NCBI GenBank assembly: GCA_965198115.1
Contig: OZ240241.1
Span: forward strand, 4,192,001 to 4,256,000
Source of the DNA: Candidatus Latescibacterota bacterium
GTDB taxonomy: Bacteria > Latescibacterota > UBA2968
Reading direction: 5' to 3'
DNA length: 64,000 bases
Numbering within the stretch: the first letter of the stretch is position 1; each line of letters begins with the position of its first letter. Positions 29,277-38,789 of the stretch are shown here, one piece after another. The position numbers were made by a program, and so were the translations under genes. Under the pieces are notes generated by a model. That model had not been told where the DNA came from, made no database searches, and was given only the letters and a program-made list of their open reading frames with translations.

Positions 29277-29510
29277 TCACGATGGAGAATCCTGATCCTC
29301 GTCTTCTTCCCACAACCGGCTCCATAAAGCCAGCACGTCTTCACGGCTTGGCAGAAACACCGATAGACACTTACCATCGCGCCGTACCAGTTCGAAGAGG
29401 TAGCGTCCATCCTCGTAGAGCCAGACTCTGGCGTTCCCCTGACGGGGATCTTCCCAATGGTCGACGAGTGTGGGCGTGTTTACCGGCAAGGAAGCTCCCG
29501 TTTTGCCTGC
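29277..29510 (-). CDS. Small hypothetical protein (start unclear)
   Basis: Protein-like C-terminal part (LVDHWED...RVWLYEDGRYLFEL...LWSRLWEE) lying just downstream of a sigma54 promoter. Confidence 0.35.
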   Translation of the reverse strand, partial: AGKTGASLPVNTPTLVDHWEDPRQGNARVWLYEDGRYLFELVRRDGKCLSVFLPSREDVLALWSRLWEEDEDQDSPS

Positions 29511-29561
29511 GATGGCGAACGAGCTCAAACGGTGTGGGGTAAGGGGACGTGTGCCGGATCC

Positions 29562-29576
29562 GCAATTATGATGCCA
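29562..29576 (-). promoter_or_regulatory. sigma54 -24/-12 promoter
   Basis: Minus strand TGGCATCATAATTGC. Confidence 0.7.
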
Positions 29577-29688
29577 CCGGAAGACATGCGGAAAGGGCAC
29601 CTCCTCTGGAGATGCCCTTTTGGTATTCGTTAAAATTTCTGATTCAGTTTGTCAGCCAACCGACCTCTCATTCCCGGTCATTGTGCCC

Positions 29689-30096
29689 TCACAGCCGATC
29701 CTGCAGCAACTCCAGCAAATCGATGTAGCCGATGATGCCGAGCAAATGATCCGCTTCATCCACCACCGGAATCGCCCCGACCTTCTCCTCTATGAACATA
29801 TCGATCGCCTCGTGGAGATCCACGTCAGGCGCAATAACGATCGGATCTGTATGCATCACGTCTCCCACAGTCGTGTCCAGGTCCAATGAGAAAACCATTC
29901 CACCTTCCTCCGCTCCGTCGACCTGCATCCCCAACAGCCGGATATCCCGATCGCTCACGATCCCGGCCAGGCGTCCGCCGCTCACGATCGGAAGATGCCG
30001 AACGTGAGCGTGATTCATCTTGGAGAAGGCCTCCTTCAACGGCGTATCGGGTGTCGCGCTCACGACATCCTTTTTCATGAGATCGGATACAGTCAT
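29689..30096 (-). CDS. CBS-pair domain protein
   Basis: VSDLM...VRHLPIV...GIVSDRD...VGDVM...GAIPVVD...GIIGYIDLL; RBS GGAGG. Confidence 0.9.
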   Translation of the reverse strand: MTVSDLMKKDVVSATPDTPLKEAFSKMNHAHVRHLPIVSGGRLAGIVSDRDIRLLGMQVDGAEEGGMVFSLDLDTTVGDVMHTDPIVIAPDVDLHEAIDMFIEEKVGAIPVVDEADHLLGIIGYIDLLELLQDRL

Positions 30097-30239
30097 AGAC
30101 ACCTCCCGTCCGTGACCAGATCGATGGGCAATCTGACGTGCTATAGGCAAATTTACTACAAAATGTTGTTACAGATTCCTATTGTGCCTAATTTGTCAGG
30201 GCTGAACGCGTCATTTCGACATTTTTCCTTCGGGGCCCG

Positions 30240-31400
30240 ATGACCACCGTCTACCTCTCGCACCCCTTCCGGTCCGCAATCGGCCAGTTTGGGGGAGCCT
30301 TTTCTACCTGTCCCGCCCCCAAAATTGCCGCCTCTGTCGTCGAGTCGGTGCTGACCTCCAGCGAATATGCACCACAGGACATCGATGAAGTCGTCATCGG
30401 CAATGTGATCGGCGCCGGCCTCGGTCAAAACGTCGCCCGGCAGGTCGCCCTCGGCGCCGGTCTCCCAGCATCCATCCCCGCGACGACGATCAACAAAGTC
30501 TGTGGGTCCGGCCTCAGGACAGTGATTTCCGCCGCCCAGGCCATTCAAAGTGGGGATGGGACGACAATCATCGCCGGGGGAACGGAGAATATGACCCGCG
30601 CTCCCTTTCTGTTGGATCCCGCGAAGGAAGGTCGCCGAGGCCCGGGCGATGGCGATCCCGTCGACAGTATGATGCGCGACGGGCTCTTGGATGCGTACGA
30701 CGCGACGCATATGGGAACGTGCGGCGACCGCTGTGCACGAAGGATCGAAGCCACACGCGAGGAACAGGACGACTATGCGGTGGAAAGTTATCGGCGCGCG
30801 CTACACGCACAGGCAGAGGGTCATTTCACGGCGGAGATCGCACCGGTCACCACGACGAGCGCCACCGTAACGGTCGACGAGGAGCCTCAGCGCTTCGACG
30901 AATCAAAACTGCGCTCGCTCAGACCCGCCTTCGGGGAGGACGGGACTGTCACCGCGGCCAACGCGTCGAGCGTGAACGACGGCGCCGCCGCCCTGCTCGT
31001 CACGTCGGGCGTCCCAACCGGATCGGGCCCCCGAGCGGTCCTCGTCGGTCACGCGACGGTCGCGATGGAGCCCGCCTGGTTCACCCTCGCCCCCATCGAG
31101 GCCATTCGCGCGCTTCTCGATCGGACACGATGGTCTCTCGATGACGTCGACCTGATCGAAATTAACGAAGCCTTTTCGTGTGTGCCGATGGCAGCCATCC
31201 GCGAACTCGGTCTGGATCCCGAACGCGTGAACGTCAACGGCGGCGCCGTCGCCCTTGGCCATCCTATCGGCGCGAGCGGAACACGGATCCTCGTCACCCT
31301 CCTCCACGCCCTGCAGTCGAGAGACCTCAAACGCGGCATCGCCGCGATCTGCATCGGCGGCGGCGAAGCCATCGCAGTGGCCGTCGAACGCCTCGACTAA
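30240..31400 (+). CDS. Thiolase (acetyl-CoA C-acyltransferase)
   Basis: [35 protein letters not shown]. Confidence 0.95.
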   Translation: MTTVYLSHPFRSAIGQFGGAFSTCPAPKIAASVVESVLTSSEYAPQDIDEVVIGNVIGAGLGQNVARQVALGAGLPASIPATTINKVCGSGLRTVISAAQAIQSGDGTTIIAGGTENMTRAPFLLDPAKEGRRGPGDGDPVDSMMRDGLLDAYDATHMGTCGDRCARRIEATREEQDDYAVESYRRALHAQAEGHFTAEIAPVTTTSATVTVDEEPQRFDESKLRSLRPAFGEDGTVTAANASSVNDGAAALLVTSGVPTGSGPRAVLVGHATVAMEPAWFTLAPIEAIRALLDRTRWSLDDVDLIEINEAFSCVPMAAIRELGLDPERVNVNGGAVALGHPIGASGTRILVTLLHALQSRDLKRGIAAICIGGGEAIAVAVERLD

Positions 31401-31592
31401 CACCATTATCGAGTATCGAGAAAACAGGGCCGACGCCGTCAGGCGCACGGCCCCCTACCTATCCCTGATCCCGATGCCAGCGACACACAATCGGGTAGAC
31501 CTGGCCCCTACGTGCGAAAGTGGTGAAGCTCCTGTTGAGTCCGAGGATCACGCGAGACAATGCTTCAATGATCAATGTTCGATTCTCGATGT

Positions 31593-32744
31593 CTACACGC
31601 CATCGGCACGCACGTATCCCAGCGGCAGCGGACACCACGCCTCCAACAGCCGGGCACCTGCCGGAAGCTCAACGACGTTCGACGGCGGTTCCGGCCCGAA
31701 CAGGATGCGATGCGCGTCGAGGGCGGAACAGACCAGATCCGGCTCGTCATCCGTCAGCGTGCACGACGTCGCGCCGTCTGACACTTCGATTTCCAACCTG
31801 GCCTCCGTCACATCGATCACGGCGCGGCCATCGGGCAAGGGCGCGAACCGGCCTTTGACCGCCATCAGCGAACCTACTACCGTCGGCCAGTCCACGACGC
31901 GCCAGTTGCGGGGGGGATCGACGGTGCTCGCCTCGCAGAAAGTCCCGAGGCGGCGAATGAACGGCACGTCGTCGGGCTGGCACGTCACGAAAACCCGGTC
32001 GCGATCCCATCGTTCCAGCCAGGCGCGAATCATACCGACACGCGTATCATCCGACGTGCCGACGAGCTCGTTGATCTTCCATCCGCCTTCCTCTACAAGG
32101 ACGTAGCCGACGATCGCATCATCCTCGTCCATCGCGACCCACGGCTCCTGATACCACGTCAACAGATGCTTGACGAAATCCTCGAGGGGGCGCACCCCGT
32201 GTACCACCGCCTGCTCGTATAGCCCCTTGCAAGCGGCGACGCGGTCCGAATAGTGTTCGCCCAGGGGCTCGAAGCGGAGTGATGGCGTCGGATCGTCGAA
32301 CGTGTGACGAATGTTGCTACGACCGATCGTGAAGATGGGGTTGACCCCGCACTTTTCGTAACCCCAATAGGCATACCGTTGTCGCTGCCCGCCCAGGAAT
32401 GAAATGTGGGCCTCTTCGAGAAGATTTGCGACAGCTCGATCCATAAGAATCTTCATCAACCCCGTTCTGCGATAGTCAGGGTGTACGCAGACACCCCCTA
32501 TCCCCGCGACGTTCCATCGAACATCCCCAACCGCGGTCACCCGCGGATAGACGCCCACGACCGCTGCGATTCGACCATCCCGCCGGATCGCATAGTTACA
32601 CCGCATCCACTCGTCTGTTGGACGATAAATCGCCGGATGGAGCGTCGGAAACTCGCGAGGCGGCTCGAACCCGAACGAGTATTCCATCATCGCCATCGCC
32701 TCGTCAAAGTCGGCTGCCGTTAGGCGCTCGATTATCTCTGGCAT
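31593..32744 (-). CDS. Eis-like GNAT acetyltransferase
   Basis: GIGGVCVHPDYRRTGLM, YAYWGYE, C-terminal SCP2-like region. Confidence 0.8.
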   Translation of the reverse strand: MPEIIERLTAADFDEAMAMMEYSFGFEPPREFPTLHPAIYRPTDEWMRCNYAIRRDGRIAAVVGVYPRVTAVGDVRWNVAGIGGVCVHPDYRRTGLMKILMDRAVANLLEEAHISFLGGQRQRYAYWGYEKCGVNPIFTIGRSNIRHTFDDPTPSLRFEPLGEHYSDRVAACKGLYEQAVVHGVRPLEDFVKHLLTWYQEPWVAMDEDDAIVGYVLVEEGGWKINELVGTSDDTRVGMIRAWLERWDRDRVFVTCQPDDVPFIRRLGTFCEASTVDPPRNWRVVDWPTVVGSLMAVKGRFAPLPDGRAVIDVTEARLEIEVSDGATSCTLTDDEPDLVCSALDAHRILFGPEPPSNVVELPAGARLLEAWCPLPLGYVRADGV

Positions 32745-32886
32745 TTCATACCGATTGGTCGATGTTTCGCAAACAGCGACGAGGGTTCGCGAAGACCGAC
32801 ACTTCGACTCCGCTCAGTGTGACGGTGGTTTTCTGAACACTCAACACCGAACCGCTGAACACCTATTTCGTCTTCTGTGGTTCCCT

Positions 32887-33871
32887 CTACGTTTCCAAGT
32901 CCTGGCGAGGAATCCTATACAACCGGATCTCGTGCGCACCGTTTTCCTTCTCGACCTCCGCAAACACGCGAAGCTCATTCTCGACCCACATCCAGTGAGA
33001 ATAACGCCACGTGTGAAGACGACCAGGCGTCGGGCTGATCAGCAGCGGCGCATCCGGCGTCAGGTCCGTCACGCGATGAAGATCGAACGTGAATCCCAAC
33101 CCCGTCGCAATGTTATAGCTCGGATCATCCCAGGCCGTGCTCGATCCTTCGTAAACGAACAGATGACCGACGCCCACAGGCAGTAGACTCGCGGGACGAA
33201 CCGCGTGGGTATGCCATCCGTCCAATCCCATCGTCGAGAGATTAGGATTGCCAACCGGCTCCCACGTGTCCCCGTCTTCGCTGCGAAAGTGGAAGATGCG
33301 TTCGCCTCGCTGAATCCCGATCACGTAGCAGTGGTAGACGCCGTTCGCGATCAACACCACGGGATCTTTGAACCCCGTCGGGCCACTCGGACCTCGCTCG
33401 TAGACCCCGGTTGGGCGATACCTCCTCGGTCGTCTCGGCCTCAATCACCGTCTGTACAGCTGAAGGGGCGAACTGATTGGGTCGGATCGCATCGCCCCAC
33501 TTCAGGACCGTCCACGTACCGTGGATGGGCGAGCAACCGTAGAGGCGAAACACCCGTTGGGCAGCGTCGTAGACCAGGGACGATCGTTCGAACCCGTCCA
33601 GCGGGATCTCTTCGCGCTTGATCGAGTGGACCGGTTCGAACGCCAAACCGTCATCGCTGCGGAAAATCCGAATCTCATAACCTCGATAGCCGAGAGGAGC
33701 GTCAGCCGTACGCATTCGGGCAGACATCCAGAACACGCCGTCCGGCCCTCGCGCGACCGATGGTGCACCGGCCCACCACTCCGCCTCATCCCGATCGGAC
33801 CCGGCCACCACTGTCCAGTCGAGGAAACGATCGCGAATCGCGTCAGTGAAGCGGGTTGTTTCAACAGTCAC
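32887..33871 (-). CDS. Beta-propeller glycoside-hydrolase-like protein, frameshifted near 33420
   Basis: WAGAPSV, FRSDDG, FERSSL, then GFKDPVV, FRSEDG.TW, FVYEG, TWRYS in the next frame. Confidence 0.65.
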
Positions 33872-33902
33872 AGACGGCTCCTGGGGCAGTCGACATTCAA
33901 TG

Positions 33903-34916
33903 TCATACGGTCAGTCCGTAAATCCGTACATCCGGGGTCGAGGGATCGTGATGGTTGTAGTCGTCTCGCAATCTCGACTCCAAGAGAAAGCCCCGATCCT
34001 CGAACCAGGCAATATCCGAAGAGGCGTCTCCATGGAGAAAGGTGGTCACGTGTCCGCCGTTGGGCATCGCTCCGTCGAAAAGTCGCTCACGCTCCGACGC
34101 AAAGCGCGGATGAACATACATATCGAGGACGTGGGCGTTCTGTGGCTCCACACCGAATCCATCGCTTCGTCTGAGCAGGGCCTCCCCCACGATCTGACCT
34201 TCCGGTAGGACGAGAGCCAACCAGCGACAACGTTCCTGCCCGGACTCGATCATCCGGCTCTCGAAATCGCTGACGAGCGGATGGTGGGCGTCAGGCGATC
34301 TGCCCCACATCAGCGCCCGGTGCGGCAACCAGTGACACCAGTCGACCTCGGTCACGACCGCCCCGGCGGGCTCGCCTTGATAGTAGCTGTCCCACGAGGA
34401 ATCGCCGAAATGCTGTTCCATCCCTGTTCGACCGTTGCGCTGCCACGCCGTCCGATAGCCGAACGATTCGAACATGACTTCGGCGGGACTCCCGGTGCAC
34501 GTCGTGAAGAATCGAACGTGCCCACCCCCTTTGAAATCTTCCTCCAGCGCACCCATCAAGCTACGCGCGATCCCCAGCCTGCGTTTCTCACGGACGACAA
34601 ACGTGCTGTTGATGTACCCGACCGAAGACGATTCCGATGTCACGATGCACCCGACGATCTCCCCGGCAAGCCGCATCGCATAGAAGCTCACGAGGAGACC
34701 AGGCAGATCGCTCGTGAGCAGAAAACGATAGAGCGATGGACCCAGCGGTGTTGGCGGACGGTTCAGGAACGTGCAGAGCGGGTCGACCCACTCCGCATCC
34801 GGCGCGTCGATACGAATCAGCTCTGCCCTCTGCCCGTCGCGAAGCCGGACTTCTTCGGTGCGATCAACACTCAAGGATGCACATCCTAACCATCGCCAAC
34901 TTTGGTCACTGGTCAC
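33903..34916 (-). CDS. Tandem GNAT-family acetyltransferase (start uncertain)
   Basis: FVVREKRRLGIARSLM, FESFGY, and a second domain with MYVHPRF...WFEDRGF. Confidence 0.7.
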   Translation of the reverse strand: MTSDQSWRWLGCASLSVDRTEEVRLRDGQRAELIRIDAPDAEWVDPLCTFLNRPPTPLGPSLYRFLLTSDLPGLLVSFYAMRLAGEIVGCIVTSESSSVGYINSTFVVREKRRLGIARSLMGALEEDFKGGGHVRFFTTCTGSPAEVMFESFGYRTAWQRNGRTGMEQHFGDSSWDSYYQGEPAGAVVTEVDWCHWLPHRALMWGRSPDAHHPLVSDFESRMIESGQERCRWLALVLPEGQIVGEALLRRSDGFGVEPQNAHVLDMYVHPRFASERERLFDGAMPNGGHVTTFLHGDASSDIAWFEDRGFLLESRLRDDYNHHDPSTPDVRIYGLTV

Positions 34917-34933
34917 TTGTCAATCGTCAGTGG

Positions 34934-35998
34934 TCAATCTACCCGGTACTTCTCGAGCTTCCCCTCATCCACCTCGACACCGAGCCCCGCTCCTGTGGGC
35001 ACGGTGAGCTGACCGTTCTCGAACTGCAGCTTTTCGACGAGGATGTCATCGACCAACCCGTGGTAGCAGGTGTCATTCGGCCCTGACCAGTTGGGAGTCG
35101 CCGCAGCCACGTGTGTGATGGCTGCCGTCTTGAGGCCCAGATCGTGCGAGCAATGCATCAGGCAAGGCACATCCCACGCTTCGGCGACGGCGGCGATCTT
35201 GCGCACGCCAAGGAGGCTACCGGCTACCGGCGTATCCGGCATCAATGCATCTCCCGCCTCGGCGATCAGCATCTCGCGGACCGCATCCAGCGAAGTCACG
35301 CCCTCGTTGATCAGCACCCTCATGCCTGTTTCACGTATTCCTCTCAGGATCTCCGTGTGATCGGGTGAACACGGGTCCTCGAAATCATTCACGCCGACGT
35401 CCTTCATTCTTGCCATCGCTTCTGTCGCCAGGTCCGGTCCGTAGCCGCTGTTAGCGTCGGGACGCAAGGTCGCGTCGTGCTGAATTTCCTTCACGATTGC
35501 GTCGGCTGCCGCAAGGTCGTGCTCGAGATCGTCCCCCGCCTTCGTCTTGAGATGCGTGAAGCCCCATCGGTCCACGACTTCTCGAGCTGTAGACCCGCAT
35601 TCTGCGGGCGACTTGATGCCCTGGCAGGCCGTGAAATCGACCCGATCCCTGAGCCTGCCGCCCCAAAGCACGTGCACGGGGAGTCCGGCGTGCTTCCCAA
35701 GGAAATCCCATAGGGCCATCTCCACACCGGACATTGGCCCCCGCGGAATGCCAGCCTCAGCCATCGCCGCAACGGCACCCTCCACATCGGATATGTCCCT
35801 CCCGACGAGGACCTCGGCCGGGTCCATCTCGAACTGAAATCTGCCCTCTCCCCAACCCACGAGCCCGTCACTCTCGACTTTTACGATCAGCCCGCTTCCT
35901 CCCTTCGTCCCCTCGCCTTTTCCGCGACCTTTGTATGGCCCCACAGGCGCCTCGTAGGGTACAAAAACGGATGTTGCAGTGACTTTCGTGATCTTCAT
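34934..35998 (-). CDS. Mandelate racemase / muconate lactonising enzyme (enolase superfamily)
   Basis: EMALWD..GK, LKTKAG, RPDAN, FEDP, INE, PTGAGLGVEVDE. Confidence 0.88.
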   Translation of the reverse strand: MKITKVTATSVFVPYEAPVGPYKGRGKGEGTKGGSGLIVKVESDGLVGWGEGRFQFEMDPAEVLVGRDISDVEGAVAAMAEAGIPRGPMSGVEMALWDFLGKHAGLPVHVLWGGRLRDRVDFTACQGIKSPAECGSTAREVVDRWGFTHLKTKAGDDLEHDLAAADAIVKEIQHDATLRPDANSGYGPDLATEAMARMKDVGVNDFEDPCSPDHTEILRGIRETGMRVLINEGVTSLDAVREMLIAEAGDALMPDTPVAGSLLGVRKIAAVAEAWDVPCLMHCSHDLGLKTAAITHVAAATPNWSGPNDTCYHGLVDDILVEKLQFENGQLTVPTGAGLGVEVDEGKLEKYRVD

Positions 35999-36049
35999 AG
36001 CCTCATCCTGTATTCGATTACGGGTTTTCAATATTCAATGTTCAATGTT

Positions 36050-37156
36050 CTATGTTCTATGCCAGTTTCTCGAGTCCGGTACTTCCAACCACGCCCCATC
36101 CTGCAGAATCGAATCCTGACTGATCAGGCCGGGTATTGTCATATCCATCGCCTCGTGAATCCCGATGCAGCACCAGGGTTCCTCACCCTGAATCGCCCTC
36201 AGGAAATCTCGAACAGCGTGATAGTCGCTGCCTCCGTGTCCACCTGTTCCATCCTTCGGCTCGGCACGCCAGATGTCGGGCAGGTATTCGTCGCCGATCG
36301 TATCCAGATCCCGCCAAGTCTCCTTGTCGTCGCACAGGTCTTCCAGCCAGATCCGATGCCTTCCGTCGCGGTCGCGAGCGGACTCGAAGACCCCATTGGT
36401 ACCCTGTAGCTGATAGGTACAGGTCACGCTAGGACGCTCGGATATCATATCGATCCGGATCTTGATCAGCACGCCGCGCGCTGTTTTCGCGAGCATCACC
36501 GCCGTGTCGTCGTGGTAGGGCTGACCTCGTGGATCCTTGAAGTGACTGCCCGATCCTTCGCAGCAGACCCGGACGATGCGGTCTCCTTCCAGCCAGCTCA
36601 GGATGGGTCCAAGCTGGTGAGTCGGATAGGTGATGCCACGCACCCCCGTCTGCCAGGTCCGACGCCACGGTGTGCGCTCGTTGAGATCCTTCAGCTCGTG
36701 GAGGTATTCCCCATCCGCGAAAGTCGGCGAGCCGAAAAGCCCGTGCTGAACCAGAGTTCGAACGATCGCGTTCTGACGCGTATAGATCACGTTCTCACCC
36801 ATCCAATACATGGCACGGGAATCCGCGACGGCGGCAACAAGCTGACGGCATTGGTCCAGGGAAACGGCCGCTGAAACTTCGCTATAGACGTGGATGTCTC
36901 GCGCCAGCGCATCGATGGACTGGGCGGCGTGCAGATGCATCGGAGTCGATACGATGACCGCATCGAGTTTCCCCTCGTCGAGCATCTGCTCGTAGTTCGT
37001 GTAACACGTGACGTCGCCCCAGTGGTCCCGTGCGCTGTCCAGGGCTTCCTCGTCGACATCACAGACAGCCGTCACGCGACCGCCCCCAGCCTCGATCCCG
37101 GACTTGAACGACCTCCCCCGACGCGTCCCAACGATGCCGATTTTCACGGCTGCCAT
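36050..37156 (-). CDS. Gfo/Idh/MocA oxidoreductase
   Basis: IGIVG..RG, STPMHLH, YSEV, GEN, GEYLH, YPTH, GHGGSD. Confidence 0.88.
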   Translation of the reverse strand: MAAVKIGIVGTRRGRSFKSGIEAGGGRVTAVCDVDEEALDSARDHWGDVTCYTNYEQMLDEGKLDAVIVSTPMHLHAAQSIDALARDIHVYSEVSAAVSLDQCRQLVAAVADSRAMYWMGENVIYTRQNAIVRTLVQHGLFGSPTFADGEYLHELKDLNERTPWRRTWQTGVRGITYPTHQLGPILSWLEGDRIVRVCCEGSGSHFKDPRGQPYHDDTAVMLAKTARGVLIKIRIDMISERPSVTCTYQLQGTNGVFESARDRDGRHRIWLEDLCDDKETWRDLDTIGDEYLPDIWRAEPKDGTGGHGGSDYHAVRDFLRAIQGEEPWCCIGIHEAMDMTIPGLISQDSILQDGAWLEVPDSRNWHRT

Positions 37157-37227
37157 TCTTACGTCGTATCCACTACGGCAACCACCCCACAATTTTCATT
37201 TTGCATTCTTCAATTTTCATTCCGCTC

Positions 37228-37944
37228 TCAGGCCGTAGGCCTCTTGTAATACTCCTCCCACCGCTCCGAAGGCTCGAACCCCAGAATCCGACGCGCCTTG
37301 TCGACCGTGTATTTACCGTGCGCTTCGAAGCTGAGCATGTTGAACTCCTGGTAGTCCTCCGGCACGGACTCGATCTCCAGCGCCAGCTTGCACACGGCCG
37401 CCAGATCGTCATAAATGACGGTGAATGGAGGGAAGTCCGTCTGTGTCTGTGGGCCATCGGGACGCGGCCTCAGTCCGTTGAACACGAACGTTACCGTCTG
37501 AATCCCGTAGCGACGGGCGAAGGTCCTGCAGATTTCGTAGGACATCGTCTTCGTCAGCCCATAGATGCCCGATCCCGGGGCGCGCGGCACATCCGACACG
37601 TCGAACGCGTGATCAGACGAACCGCGAATGCACTGGGGCCCTGTATGGACGACTTTCTTGATCCCAAGCTCAGACGCGGCTCGCATCACGTGCCAGGCGC
37701 CAGTGACGTTCACGGCGAAACCAGGATCCCGAATCGATCGCAAGACGGTGAAGTTCATCAGCGCGTCGCATCCACGCGCAGCCTCCAGCACCTGATCGTA
37801 GTTCGTAATGTCAACGTGCGTGATCTCCCGCCCATCGGGATAGGGCGCGATGTCGGACAGGTGAAGTTCGTAGTCTTTCTCGAGCATCGGGACGATGTGC
37901 GGCGCGATGTTACCTGAAGCCCCGTAAAGTGCGATCCGCTTCAT
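37228..37944 (-). CDS. NAD-dependent epimerase/dehydratase (uronate dehydrogenase-like)
   Basis: GASGNIA, VNVTG, YGLTK catalytic YxxxK. Confidence 0.85.
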   Translation of the reverse strand: MKRIALYGASGNIAPHIVPMLEKDYELHLSDIAPYPDGREITHVDITNYDQVLEAARGCDALMNFTVLRSIRDPGFAVNVTGAWHVMRAASELGIKKVVHTGPQCIRGSSDHAFDVSDVPRAPGSGIYGLTKTMSYEICRTFARRYGIQTVTFVFNGLRPRPDGPQTQTDFPPFTVIYDDLAAVCKLALEIESVPEDYQEFNMLSFEAHGKYTVDKARRILGFEPSERWEEYYKRPTA

Positions 37945-38627
37945 GACGCCCCCCCGAAGTTTCTTCGTTCTATCTCGAGCATCGGCCGAAGCCCGGCAAT
38001 ACGCGGGTCACCTTTAAGGAATCGAGGATTCGGGTGATCGCCAACAACGTGAAGGATTCCGTAGCGCTGCTGCCAGTTGAGCTCGTCGGACGTGTCGCGA
38101 TCGACAGCCAGCCCGATAGCTTTGGCCGCATCCCGATAGTCGAGCCAGTCCGTCTGTGGTTCACCTTCGACTGAATCCACATCGACCAGATGTCCGAGTC
38201 GCACCACCGTCACCGCAACTGCGTGATCGCGGGCGAACTCTCTGGCAGCGACCTCAGACAGCAGCGGCAGCAGCTGGTCGAAGTCATCCGTCGGCTCCGG
38301 CCGCCAGTACGGGGTGATGTAGACGTCATCGGGATACGCGCGGAAGAACGCGAGCGTGCTGCCCAGAACGATCCGTCGCACACCTGCGTCCACGGCCGCT
38401 TTCACCAGCATATAGGTTCCCCGTGTGGCGAGATCCATCTGACGATGTTCATCTTCACCAACGAGCTCCCCCAAATGGACGACAGCATCGACTTCGCGCA
38501 CCGCTTCCCAGACTGCCGTGTCATCCGTCAGGTTCTCGGGCTCGAACGTTGTACACTCGTCGTCCGATCGTTCGCCTTTGATCGCCTCGATCAACCGATC
38601 GTCTTGTCCCGCGATAAGGATTCTCAT
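37941..38627 (-). CDS. Degenerate NAD-dependent epimerase-like protein
   Basis: DAVVHLG, TRGTY.LVKAA...GVRRIVLGS, VVRLG; lacks the glycine-rich loop and YxxxK. Confidence 0.65.
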   Translation of the reverse strand: MRILIAGQDDRLIEAIKGERSDDECTTFEPENLTDDTAVWEAVREVDAVVHLGELVGEDEHRQMDLATRGTYMLVKAAVDAGVRRIVLGSTLAFFRAYPDDVYITPYWRPEPTDDFDQLLPLLSEVAAREFARDHAVAVTVVRLGHLVDVDSVEGEPQTDWLDYRDAAKAIGLAVDRDTSDELNWQQRYGILHVVGDHPNPRFLKGDPRIAGLRPMLEIERRNFGGAS

Positions 38628-38644
38628 AGGCTCCTCGCACTGAC

Positions 38645-38667
38645 TCGCGGCTGAAAGCCGCTCCTAC
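38645..38667 (-). repeat. GTAG-family REP-like palindrome
   Basis: Minus strand GTAGGAGCGGCTTTCAGCCGCGA: GTAG foot followed by a GCGGCT/AGCCGC hairpin. Confidence 0.55.
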
Positions 38668-38789
38668 CCGCTCTGGTCACCGTCCGGTTCGCAGTCGGGA
38701 GACTGCTCCCACCGAAGACGTTGCCACGCCTGCTCGCGCACTCGCCCACTCTGGTATTGGTCACCTGTCACCGGTCAATGGTCATTGCG

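Noticed and set aside
30128-30143. sigma54-like TAGCACGTCAGATTGC upstream of the CBS gene
   Set aside because: It has AG instead of GG and an 11-nt spacer. A partial enhancer-like TGTGCC-N6-GTC at ~30183 makes it worth rechecking after polishing.
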